Assembly (NCBI GenBank): GCA_964016885.1
Contig: OZ024741.1
Span: 249,116,001-249,180,000, forward strand
DNA length: 64,000 bases
Source of the DNA: Eledone cirrhosa
Lineage: Eukaryota
Direction: 5' to 3'
The translations under genes were made by a program, and so were the position numbers. The notes under the pieces were generated by a model that did no database searches, had not been told where the DNA came from, and saw only the letters and a list, made by a program, of their open reading frames with translations. Position 1 is the first letter of the stretch. Each line of letters begins with the position of its first letter. Below, in pieces: positions 26,001-38,700 of the stretch.

Positions 26001-29000
26001 CTAGCCGTCCAAGGGGAGATAATTTCCAGCCGTCCAAGGGGATATAATTTTTTTTAAAAAATCAGGCGGAGATAATTTGTAAACAAAAATCAGGGGGAGA
26101 TAATTTGTAAAAAAAAATCAGGGGGAGATAATTTGTAAAAAAAAATCAGGGGGAGATAATTTGTAAAAAAAATCAAGGGGAGATAATTTCCAGCCGTCCA
26201 AGGGGAGGTAATATCTAGCCATCCAAGGGGAGATAATTTCCAGCCGTCCAAGGGGAGATAATATCCAGCCGTCCAAGGAGACATATTTTCCAGCCGTCCA
26301 AGGAGAGGTAATTTCTAGCCGTCCAAGGGGAGATAAGTTCCAGCCTCCAAGGGGAGAAAATTTCCAGCCAGCCAAGGGGAGATAATTTGTAAAAAAATCA
26401 GGGGGAGATAATTTGTAAAAAAAAATTCAGGGGGAGATAATTTGTAAAAAAATCAGGGGGAGATAATTTGTAAAAAAAAAATCAGGGGGAGATAATTTGT
26501 AAAAAAAATCAGGGGGAGATAATTTGTAGAAAAAATCAGGGGTAGATAATTTGTAAAAAAAATCAGGGGGAGATAATTTGTAAAAAAAATCAGGGGGAGA
26601 TAATTTGTAAAAAAAAATCAGGGGTAGATAATTTTCAGCCGTCCAAGGGGAGATAATTTCCATCCTTCCAAGGGGAGATAATTTCCAGCCGTCCAAGGGG
26701 AGATAATTTCCCGCCAGCCAAGGAGAGATAATATTTAAAAAAATCAGGCGGAGATAATTTGTAAAAAAAATCAGGGGGAGATAATTTGTAAAAAAATCAG
26801 GGGGAGATAATTTGTAAAAAAAAATCAGGGGGAGATAATTTGTAAAAAAAATCAGGGGGAGATAATTTGTAAAAAAAAATCAGGGGTAGATAATTTCTAA
26901 AAAAAAATCAGGGGGAGATAATTTGTAAAAAAAAAATCAGGGGGAGATAATTTGTAAAAAAATCAAGGGGAGATAATTTCCAGCCGTCCAAGGGGAGATA
27001 ATTTTCAGCCGTCCAAGGAGAGGTAATTTCTAGCCGTCCAAGGGGAGATAATTTCCAGCCGTCCAAGGGGAGATAATTTTTTTAAAAAAATCAGGCGGAG
27101 ATAATTTGTAAACAAAAATCAGGGGGAGATAATTTGTAAAAAAAATCAGGGGGAGATAATTTGTAAAAAAAAAATCAGGGGGTGATAATTTGTAAAAAAA
27201 TCAAGGGGAGATAATTTCCAGCCGTCCAAGGGGAGATAATTTTCAGCCGTCCAAGGAGAGGTAATTTCTAGCCGTCCAAGGGGAGATAATTTCCAGCCAG
27301 CCAAGGGGAGATAATTTGTAAAAAAATCAGGGGTAGATAATTTGTAAAAAAAATCAGGGGGAGATAATTTGTAAAAAAAATCAGGGGGAGATAATTTGTA
27401 AAAAAAATCAGGGGTAGATAATTTCCAGCCGTCCAAGGGGAGATAATTTCCATCCTTCCAAGGGGAGATAATTTCCAGCCGTCCAAGGGGAGATAATTTC
27501 CCGCCAGCCAAGGAGAGATAACATTTAAAAAAATCAGGCGGAGATAATTTGTAAAAAAAATCAGGGGGAGATAATTTGTAAAAAAATCAGGGGGAGATAA
27601 TTTGTAAAAAAAAATCAGGGGGAGATAATTTGTAAAAGAAATCAGGGGGAGATAATTTGTAAAAAAAATCAGGGGTAGATAATTTGTAAAAAAAATCAGG
27701 GGGAGATAATTTGTAAAAAAAATCAGGGGGAGATAATTTGTAAAAAAAATCAGGGGTAGATAATTTCCAGCCGTCCAAGGGGAGATAATTTCCATCCTTC
27801 CAAGGGGAGATAATTTCCAGCCGTCCAAGGGGAGATAATTTCCCGCCAGCCAAGGAGAGATAACATTTAAAAAAATCAGGCGGAGATAATTTGTGAAAAA
27901 AATCAGGGGGAGATAATTTGTAAAAAAATCAGGGGGAGATAATTTGTAAAAAAAATCAGGGGTAGATAATTTCCAGCCGTCCAAGGGGAGATAATTTCCA
28001 TCCTTCCAAGGGGAGATAATTTCCAGCCGTCCAAGGGGAGATAATTTCCCGCCAGCCAAGGAGAGATAATATTTAAAAAAATCAGGCGGAGATAATTTGT
28101 AAAAAAAATCAGGGGGAGATAATTTGTAAAAAAATCAGGGGGAGATAATTTGTAAAAAAAAATCAGGGGAGATAATTTGTAAAAAAAATCAGGGGGAGAT
28201 AATTTGTAAAAAAAAATCAGGGGTAGATAATTTGTAAAAAAAAATCAGGGGGAGATAATTTGTAAAAAAAAAATCAGGGGGAGATAATTTGTAAAAAAAT
28301 CAAGGGGAGATAATTTCCAGCCATCCAAGGGGAGATAATTTTCAGCCGTCCAAGGAGGTAATTTCTAGCCGTCCAAGGGGAGATAATTTCCAGCCGTCCA
28401 AGGGGAGATAATTTTTTTAAAAAAATCAGGCGGAGATAATTTGTAAACAAAAATCAGGGGGAGATAATTTGTAAAAAAAAATCAGGGGGAGATAATTTGT
28501 AAAAAAAAATCAGGGGGAGATAATTTGTAAAAAAAATCAAGGGGAGATAATTTCCAGCCGTCCAAGGGGAGGTAATATCTAGCCATCCAAGGGGAGATAA
28601 TTTCCAGCCGTCCAAGGGGAGATAATTTCCAGCCGTCCAAGGGGAGATAATATCCAGCCGTCCAAGGAGACATATTTTCCAGCCGTCCAAGGAGAGGTAA
28701 TTTCTAGCCGTCCAAGGGGAGATAAGTTCCAGCCTCCAAGGGGAGATAATTTCCAGCCAGCCAAGGGGAGATAATTTGTAAAAAAAAAATCAGGGGGAGA
28801 TAATTTGTAAAAAAATCAGGGGGAGATAATTTGTAAAAAAAAAATCAGGGGGAGATAATTTGTAAAAAAAATCAGGGGGAGATAATTTGTAGAAAAAATC
28901 AGGGGTAGATAATTTGTAAAAAAAATCAGGGGGAGATAATTTGTAAAAAAAATCAGGGGGAGATAATTTGTAAAAAAAATCAGGGGTAGATAATTTTCAG

Positions 29001-32000
29001 CCGTCCAAGGGGAGATAATTTCCATCCTTCCAAGGGGAGATAATTTCCAGCCGTCCAAGGGGAGATAATTTCCCGCCAGCCAAGGAGAGATAACATTTTA
29101 AAAAATCAGGCGGAGATAATTTGTAAAAAAAATCAGGGGGAGATAATTTGTAAAAAAATCAGGGGGAGATAATTTGTAAAAAAAATCAGGGGTAGATAAT
29201 TTCCAGCCGTCCAAGGGGAGATAATTTCCATCCTTCCAAGGGGAGATAATTTCCAGCCGTCCAAGGGGAGATAATTTCCCGCCAGCCAAGGAGAGATAAT
29301 ATTTAAAAAAATCAGGCGGAGATAATTTGTAAAAAAAATCAGGGGGAGATAATTTGTAAAAAAATCAGGGGGAGATAATTTGTAAAAAAAAATCAGGGGG
29401 AGATAATTTGTAGAAAAAATCAGGGGGAGATAATTTGTAAAAAAAATCAGGGGTAGATAATTTGTAAAAAAAAATCAGGGGGAGATAATTTGTAAAAAAA
29501 AAATCAGGGGGAGATAATTTGTAAAGAAATCAAGGGGAGATAATTTCCAGCCGTCCAAGGGGAGATAATTTTCAGCCGTCCAAGGAGAGGTAATTTCTAG
29601 CCGTCCAAGGGGAGATAATTTCCAGCCGTCCAAGGGGAGATAATTTTTTTAAAAAAATCAGGCGGAGATAATTTGTAAACAAAAATCAGGGGGAGATAAT
29701 TTGTAAAAAAAAATCAGGGGGAGATAATTTGTAAAAAAAAATCAGGGGGAGATAATTTGTAAAAAAAATCAAGGGGAGATAATTTCCAGCCGTCCAAGGG
29801 GAGGTAATATCTAGCCATCCAAGGGGAGATAATTTCCAGCCGTCCAAGGGGAGATAATTTCCAGCCGTCCAAGGGGAGATAATATCCAGCCGTCCAAGGA
29901 GACATATTTTCCAGCCGTCCAAGGAGAGGTAATTTCTAGCCGTCCAAGGGGAGATAAGTTCCAGCCTCCAAGGGGAGATAATTTCCAGCCAGCCAAGGGG
30001 AGATAATTTGTAAAAAAATCAGGGGGAGATAATTTGTAAAAAAAAAATCAGGGGGAGATAATTTGTAAAAAAATCAGGGGGAGATAATTTGTAAAAAAAA
30101 AATCAGGGGGAGATAATTTGTAAAAAAAATCAGGGGGAGATAATTTGTAAAAAAAATCAGGGGTAGATAATTTGTAAAAAAAATCAGGGGGAGATAATTT
30201 GTAAAAAAAATCAGGGGTAGATAATTTTCAGCCGTCCAAGGGGAGATAATTTCCATCCTTCCAAGGGGAGATAATTTCCAGCCGTCCAAGGAGAGATAAT
30301 TTCCCGCCAGCCAAGGAGAGATAACATTTAAAAAAATCAGGCGGAGATAATTTGTAAAAAAAATCAGGGGGAGATAATTTGTAAAAAAATCAGGGGGAGA
30401 TAATTTGTAAAAAAAATCAGGGGTAGATAATTTCCAGCCGTCCAAGGGGAGATAATTTCCATCCTTCCAAGGGGAGATAATTTCCAGCCGTCCAAGGGGA
30501 GATAATTTCCCGCCAGCCAAGGAGAGATAATATTTAAAAAAATCAGGCGGAGATAATTTGTAAAAAAAATCAGGGGGAGATAATTTGTAAAAAAATCAGG
30601 GGGAGATAATTTGTAAAAAAAGATCAGGGGGAGATAATTTGTAAAAAAAATCAGGGGGAGATAATTTGTAAAAAAAAATCAGGGGTAGATAATTTGTAAA
30701 AAAAAATCAGGGGGAGATAATTTGTAAAAAAAAAATCAGGGGGAGATAATTTGTAAAAAAATCAAGGGGAGATAATTTCCAGCCGTCCAAGGGGAGATAA
30801 TTTTCAGCCGTCCAAGGAGAGGTAATTTCTAGCCGTCCAAGGGGAGATAATTTCCAGCCGTCCAAGGGGAGATAATTTTTTTAAAAAAATCAGGCGGAGA
30901 TTTGTAAACAAAAATCAGGGGGAGATAATTTGTAAAAAAAAATCAGGGGGAGATAATTTGTAAAAAAAAATCAGGGGGAGATAATTTGTAAAAAAAATCA
31001 AGGGGAGATAATTTCCAGCCGTCCAAGGGGAGGTAATATCTAGCCATCCAAGGGGAGATAATTTCCAGCCGTCCAAGGGGAGATAATTTCCAGCCGTCCA
31101 AGGGGAGATAATATCCAGCCGTCCAAGGAGACATATTTTCCAGCCGTCCAACGAGACGTAATTTCTAGCCGTCCAAGGGGAGATAAGTTCCAGCCTCCAA
31201 GGGGAGATAATTTCCAGCCAGCCAAGGGGAGATAATTTGTAAAAAAATTAGGGGGAGATAATTTGTAAAAAAAAATTAGGGGGAGATAATTTGTAAAAAA
31301 AAATCAGGGGGAGATAATTTGTAAAAAAAAATCAGGGGGAGATAATTTGTAAAAAAAAACAAGGGGAGATTATTTCCAGCCGTCCAAGGGGAGATAATTT
31401 TCAGCCGTCCAAGGAGAGGTAAATTCTAGCCGTCCAAGGAGATATAATTTCCAGCCGTCCAAGGGGAGATAATTTCCAGCCGTCCAAGGGGAGATAATTT
31501 AAAAAAAAAAATCAGGCGGAGATAATTTGTAAACAAAAATCAGGGGGAGATAATTTTAAAAAAAAAATCAGGGGGAGATAATTTGTAAAAAAAAATCAGG
31601 GGGAGATAATTTGTAAAAAAAATCAAGGGGAGATAATTTCCAGCCGTCCAAGGGGAGGTAATATCTAGCCATCCAAGTGGAGATAATTTCCAGCCGTCCA
31701 AGGGGAGATAATTTCCAGCCGTCCAAGGGGAGATAATATCCAGCCGTCCAAGGAGACATATTTTCCAGCCGTCCAAGGAGAGATAATTTCTAGCCGTCCA
31801 AGGGGAGATAAGTTCCAGCCTCCAAGGGGAGATAATTTCCAGCCAGCCAAGGGGAGATAATTTGTAAAAAAATCAGGGGGGAGATAATTTGTAAAAAAAA
31901 TCAGGGGGAGATAATTTGAAAAAAAAATCAGGGGGAGATAATTTGTAAAAAATATCAAGGGGAGATAATTTCCAGCCCTCCAAGGGGCTATAATTTCCAG

Positions 32001-32676
32001 CCGTGCAAGGGGAGATAATTTCCAGCCGTCCAAGGGGAGATAATTTCCCGCCAGCCAAGGAGAGATAACATTTAAAAAAATCAGGCGGAGATAATTTGTA
32101 AAAAAAATCAGGGGGAGATAATTTGTAAAAAAATCAGGGGGAGATAATTTGTAAAAAAAAAATCAGGGGGAGATAATTTGTAAAAAAAATCAGGGGGAGA
32201 TAATTTGTAAAAAAAATCAGGGGTAGATAATTTGTAAAAAAAATCAGGGGGAGATAATTTGTAAAAAAAATCAGGGGGAGATAATCTGTAAAAAAAATCA
32301 GGGGTAGATAATTTCCAGCCGTCCAAGGGGAGATAATTTCCATCCTTCCAAGGGGAGATAATTTCCAGCCGTCCAAGGGGAGATAATTTCCCGCCAGCCA
32401 AGGAGAGATAACATTTAAAAAAATCAGGCGGAGATAATTTGTGAAAAAAATCAGGGGGAGATAATTTGTAAAAAAATCAGGGGGAGATAATTTGTAAAAA
32501 AAATCAGGGGTAGATAATTTCCAGCCGTCCAAGGGGAGATAATTTCCATCCTTCCAAGGGGAGATAATTTCCAGCCGTCCAAGGGGAGATAATTTCCCGC
32601 CAGCCAAGGAGAGATAATATTTAAAAAAATCAGGCGGAGATAATTTGTAAAAAAAATCAGGGGGAGATAATTTGTA

Positions 32677-34035
32677 AAAAAATCAGGGGGAGATAATTTG
32701 TAAAAAAAAATCAGGGGAGATAATTTATAAAAAAAATCAGGGGGAGATAATTTGTAAAAAAAAATCAGGGGTAGATAATTTGTAAAAAAAAATCAGGGGG
32801 AGATAATTTGTAAAAAAAAAATCAGGGGGAGATAATTTGTAAAAAAATCAAGGGGAGATAATTTCCAGCCGTCCAAGGGGAGATAATTTTCAGCCGTCCA
32901 AGGAGGTAATTTCTAGCCGTCCAAGGGGAGATAATTTCCAGCCGTCCAAGGGGAGATAATTTTTTTAAAAAAATCAGGCGGAGATAATTTGTAAACAAAA
33001 ATCAGGGGGAGATAATTTGTAAAAAAAAATCAGGGGGAGATAATTTGTAAAAAAAATCAAGGGGAGATAATTTCCAGCCGTCCAAGGGGAGGTAATATCT
33101 AGCCATCCAAGGGGAGATAATTTCCAGCCGTCCAAGGGGAGATAATTTCCAGCCGTCCAAGGGGAGATAATATCCAGCCGTCCAAGGAGACATATTTTCC
33201 AGCCGTCCAAGGAGAGGTAATTTCTAGCCGTCCAAGGGGAGATAAGTTCCAGCCTCCAAGGGGAGATAATTTCCAGCCAGCCAAGGGGAGATAATTTGTA
33301 AAAAAATCAGGGGGAGATAATTTGTAAAAAAAAAATCAGGGGGAGATAATTTGTAAAAAAATCAGGGGGAGATAATTTGTAAAAAAAAATCAGGGGAGAT
33401 AATTTATAAAAAAAATCAGGGGGAGATAATTTGTAAAAAAAAATCAGGGGTAGATAATTTGTAAAAAAAAATCAGGGGGAGATAATTTGTAAAAAAAAAA
33501 TCAGGGGGAGATAATTTGTAAAAAAATCAAGGGGAGATAATTTCCAGCCGTCCAAGGGGAGATAATTTTCAGCCGTCCAAGGAGGTAATTTCTAGCCGTC
33601 CAAGGGGAGATAATTTCCAGCCGTCCAAGGGGAGATAATTTTTTTAAAAAAATCAGGCGGAGATAATTTGTAAACAAAAATCAGGGGGAGATAATTTGTA
33701 AAAAAAAATCAGGGGGAGATAATTTGTAAAAAAAATCAAGGGGAGATAATTTCCAGCCGTCCAAGGGGAGGTAATATCTAGCCATCCAAGGGGAGATAAT
33801 TTCCAGCCGTCCAAGGGGAGATAATTTCCAGCCGTCCAAGGGGAGATAATATCCAGCCGTCCAAGGAGACATATTTTCCAGCCGTCCAAGGAGAGGTAAT
33901 TTCTAGCCGTCCAAGGGGAGATAAGTTCCAGCCTCCAAGGGGAGATAATTTCCAGCCAGCCAAGGGGAGATAATTTGTAAAAAAATCAGGGGGAGATAAT
34001 TTGTAAAAAAAAAATCAGGGGGAGATAATTTGTAA
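32677..34035. repeat. Second copy of the 679-bp tandem duplication
   Basis: ORFs at 32974/33653; the same AATTTATAAA marker at ~32722 and ~33401. Confidence 0.85.
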
Positions 34036-35759
34036 AAAAATCAGGGGGAGATAATTTGTAAAAAAAAAATCAGGGGGAGATAATTTGTAAAAAAAATCAG
34101 GGGGAGATAATTTGTAGAAAAAATCAGGGGTAGATAATTTGTAAAAAAAATCAGGGGGAGATAATTTGTAAAAAAAATCAGGGGGAGATAATTTGTAAAA
34201 AAAATCAGGGGTAGATAATTTTCAGCCGTCCAAGGGGAGATAATTTCCATCCTTCCAAGGGGAGATAATTTCCAGCCGTCCAAGGAGACATATTTTCCAG
34301 CCGTCCAAGGAGAGGTAATTTCTAGCCGTCCAAGGGGAGATAAGTTCCAGCCTCCAAGGGGAGATAATTTCCCGCCAGCCAAGGAGAGATAACATTTTAA
34401 AAAATCAGGCGGAGATAATTTGTAAAAAAAATCAGGGGGAGATAATTTGTAAAAAAATCAGGGGGAGATAATTTGTAAAAAAAATCAGGGGTAGATAATT
34501 TCCAGCCGTCCAAGGGGAGATAATTTCCATCCTTCCAAGGGGAGATAATTTCCAGCCGTCCAAGGGGAGATAATTTCCCGCCAGCCAAGGAGAGATAATA
34601 TTTAAAAAAATCAGGCGGAGATAATTTGTAAAAAAAATCAGGGGGAGATAATTTGTAAAAAAATCAGGGGGAGATAATTTGTAAAAAAAAATCAGGGGGA
34701 GATAATTTGTAAAAAAAATCAGGGGGAGATAATTTGTAAAAAAAATCAGGGGTAGATAATTTGTAAAAAAAATCAGGGGGAGATAATTTGTAAAAAAAAA
34801 ATCAGGGGGAGATAATTTGTAAAAAAATCAAGGGGAGATAATTTCCAGCCGTCCAAGGGGAGATAATTTTCAGCCGTCCAAGGAGAGGTAATTTCTAGCC
34901 GTCCAAGGGGAGATAATTTCCAGCCGTCCAAGGGGAGATAATTTTTTTAAAAAAATCAGGCGGAGATAATTTGTAAACAAAAATCAGGGGGAGATAATTT
35001 GTAAAAAAAAATCAGGGGGAGATAATTTGTAAAAAAAAATCAGGGGGAGATAATTTGTAAAAAAAATCAAGGGGAGATAATTTCCAGCCGTCCAAGGGGA
35101 GGTAATATCTAGCCATCCAAGGGGAGATAATTTCCAGCCGTCCAAGGGGAGATAATTTCCAGCCGTCCAAGGGGAGATAATATCCAGCCGTCCAAGGAGA
35201 CATATTTTCCAGCCGTCCAAGGAGAGGTAATTTCTAGCCGTCCAAGGGGAGATAAGTTCCAGCCTCCAAGGGGAGAAAATTTCCAGCCAGCCAAGGGGAG
35301 ATAATTTGTAAAAAAATCAGGGGGAGATAATTTGTAAAAAAAAAATCAGGGGGAGATAATTTGTAAAAAAATCAGGGGGAGATAATTTGTAAAAAAAAAA
35401 TCAGGGGGAGATAATTTGTAAAAAAAATCAGGGGGAGATAATTTGTAAAAAAAATCAGGGGTAGATAATTTGTAAAAAAAATCAGGGGGAGATAATTTGT
35501 AAAAAAATCAGGGGGAGATAATTTGTAAAAAAAATCAGGGGTAGATAATTTTCAGCCGTCCAAGGGGAGATAATTTCCATCCTTCCAAGGGGAGATAATT
35601 TCCAGCCGTCCAAGGAGAGATAATTTCCCGGCAGCCAAGGAGAGATAACATTTAAAAAAATCAGGCGGAGATAATTTGTAAAAAAAATCAGGGGAAGATA
35701 ATTTGTAAAAAAATCAGGGGGAGATAATTTGTAAAAAAAAATCAGGGGGAGATAATTTG

Positions 35760-38700
35760 TAAAAAAAATCAGGGGGAGATAATTTGTAAAAAAAAATCAG
35801 GGGTAGATAATTTGTAAAAAAAAATCAGGGGGAGATAATTTGTAAAAAAAAAATCAGGGGGAGATAATTTGTAAAAAAATCAAGGGGAGATAATTTCCAG
35901 CCGTCCAAGGGGAGATAATTTTCAGCCGTCCAAGGAGAGGTAATTTCTAGCCGTCCAAGGGGAGATAATTTCCAGCCGTCCAAGGGAAGATAATATTTAA
36001 AAAAATCAGGCGGAGATAATTTGTAAAAAAAATCAGGGGGAGATAATTTGTAAAAAAAATCAGGGGGAGATAATTTGTAAAAAAAATCAGGGGGAGATAA
36101 TTTGTAAAAAAATCAAGGGGAGATAATTTCCAGCCGTCCAAGGGGAGGTAATATCTAGCCATCCAAGGGGAGATAATTTCCAGCCGTCCAAGGGGAGATA
36201 ATTTCCAGCCGTCCGAGGGGAGATAATATCCAGCCGTCCAAGGAGACATATTTTCCAGCCGTCCAAGGAGACGTAATTTCTAGCCGTCCAAGGGGAGATA
36301 AGTTCCAGCCTCCAAGGGGAGATAATTTCCAGCCAGCCAAGGGGAGATAATTTGTAAAAAAATTAGGGGGAGATAATTTGTAAAAAAAAATTAGGGGGAG
36401 ATAATTTGTAAAAAAAAATCAGGGGGAGATAATTTTTTAAAAAAAATCAGGGGGAGATAATTTGTAAAAAAAACAAGGGGAGATTATTTCCAGCCGTCCA
36501 AGGGGAGATAATTTTCAGCCGTCCAAGGAGAGGTAAATTCTAGCCGTCCAAGGAGATATAATTTCCAGCCGTCCAAGGGGAGATAATTTCCAGCCGTCCA
36601 AGGGGAGATAATTTTAAAAAAAAAATCAGGCGGAGATAATTTGTAAACAAAAATCAGGGGGAGATAATTTTTAAAAAAAAATCAGGGGGAGATAATTTGT
36701 AAAAAAAAATCAGGGGGAGATAATTTGTAAAAAAAATCAAGGGGAGATAATTTCCAGCCGTCCAAGGGGAGGTAATATCTAGCCATCCAAGGGGAGATAA
36801 TTTCCAGCCGTCCAAGGGGAGATAATTTCCAGCCGTCCAAGGGGAGATAATATCCAGCCGTCCAAGGAGACATATTTTCCAGCCGTCCAAGGAGAGGTAA
36901 TTTCTAGCCGTCCAAGGGGAGATAAGTTCCAGCCTCCAAGGGGAGATAATTTCCAGCCAGCCAAGGGGAGATAATTTGTAAAAAAATCAGGGGGGAGATA
37001 ATTTGTAAAAAAAATCAGGGGGAGATAATTTGAAAAAAAAATCAGGGGGAGATAATTTGTAAAAAATATCAAGGGGAGATAATTTCCAGCCCTCCAAGGG
37101 GCTATAATTTCCAGCCGTGCAAGGGGAGATAATTTCCAGCCGTCCAAGGGGAGATAATTTCCATCCTTCCAAGGGGAGATAATTTCCAGCCGTCCAAGGG
37201 GAGATAATTTCCCGCCAGCCAAGGGAAGATAATTTTTTAAAAAATCAGGCGGAGATTGTAAAAAAAATCAGGGGGAGATAATTTGTAAAAAAATCAGGGG
37301 GAGATAATTTGTAAAAAAATCAGGGGGAGATAATTTGTAAAAAAAAAAATCGGGGGAGATAATTTGTAAAAAAAAATCAGGGGGAGATAATTTGTAAAAA
37401 AAATCAGGGGGAGATAATTTGTAAAAAAAATCAGGGGGAGATAATTTGTAAAAAAAATCAGGGGGAGATAATTTGTAAAAAAAATCAGGGGGAGATAATT
37501 TGTAAAAAAAATCAGGGGTAGATAATTTTCAGCCGTCCAAGGGGAGATAATTTCCATCCTTCCAAGGGGAGATAATTTCCAGCCGTCCAAGGGGAGATAA
37601 TTTCCCGCCAGCCAAGGAGAGATAACATTTAAAAAAATCAGGCGGAGATAATTTGTAAAAAAATCAGGGGGAGATAATTTGTAAAAAAAATCAGCGGTAG
37701 ATAATTTCCAGCCGTCCAAGGGGAGATAATTTCCATCCTTCCAAGGGGAGATAATTTCCAGCCGTCCAAGGGGAGATAATTTCCCGCCAGCCAAGGAGAG
37801 ATAATATTTTAAAAAATCAGGCGGAGATAATTTGTAAAAAAAATCAGGGGGAGATAATTTGTAAAAAAATCAGGGGGAGATAATTTGTAAAAAAAAATCA
37901 GGGGGAGATAATTTGTAAAAAAAAATCAGGGGGAGATAATTTGTAAAAAAAAATCAGGGGTAGATAATTTGTAAAAAAAAATCAGGGGGAGATAATTTGT
38001 AAAAAAAAAATCAGGGGGAGATAATTTGTAAAAAAATCAAGGGGAGATAATTTCCAGCCGTCCAAGGGGAGATAATTTTCAGCCGTCCAAGGAGAGGTAA
38101 TTTCTAGCCGTCCAAGGGGAGATAATTTCCAGCCGTCCAAGGGGAGATAATTTTTTTAAAAAAATCAGGCGGAGATAATTTGTAAACAAAAATCAGGGGG
38201 AGATAATTTGTAAAAAAAAATCAGGGGGAGATAATTTGTAAAAAAAAATCAGGGGGAGATAATTTGTAAAAAAAATCAAGGGGAGATAATTTGTAAAAAA
38301 AAATCAGGGGTAGATAATTTGTAAAAAAAAATCAGGGGGAGATAATTTGTAAAAAAAAAAATCAGGGGGAGATAATTTGTAAAAAAATCAAGGGGAGATA
38401 ATTTCCAGCCGTCCAAGGGGAGATAATTTTCAGCCGTCCAAGGAGAGGTAATTTCTAGCCGTCCAAGGGGAGATAATTTCCAGCCGTCCAAGGGGAGATA
38501 ATTTTTTTAAAAAAATCAGGCGGAGATAATTTGTAAACAAAAATCAGGGGGAGATAATTTGTAAAAAAAAATCAGGGGGAGATAATTTGTAAAAAAAAAT
38601 CAGGGGGAGATAATTTGTAAAAAAAATCAAGGGGAGATAATTTCCAGCCGTCCAAGGGGAGGTAATATCTAGCCATCCAAGGGGAGATAATTTCCAGCCG

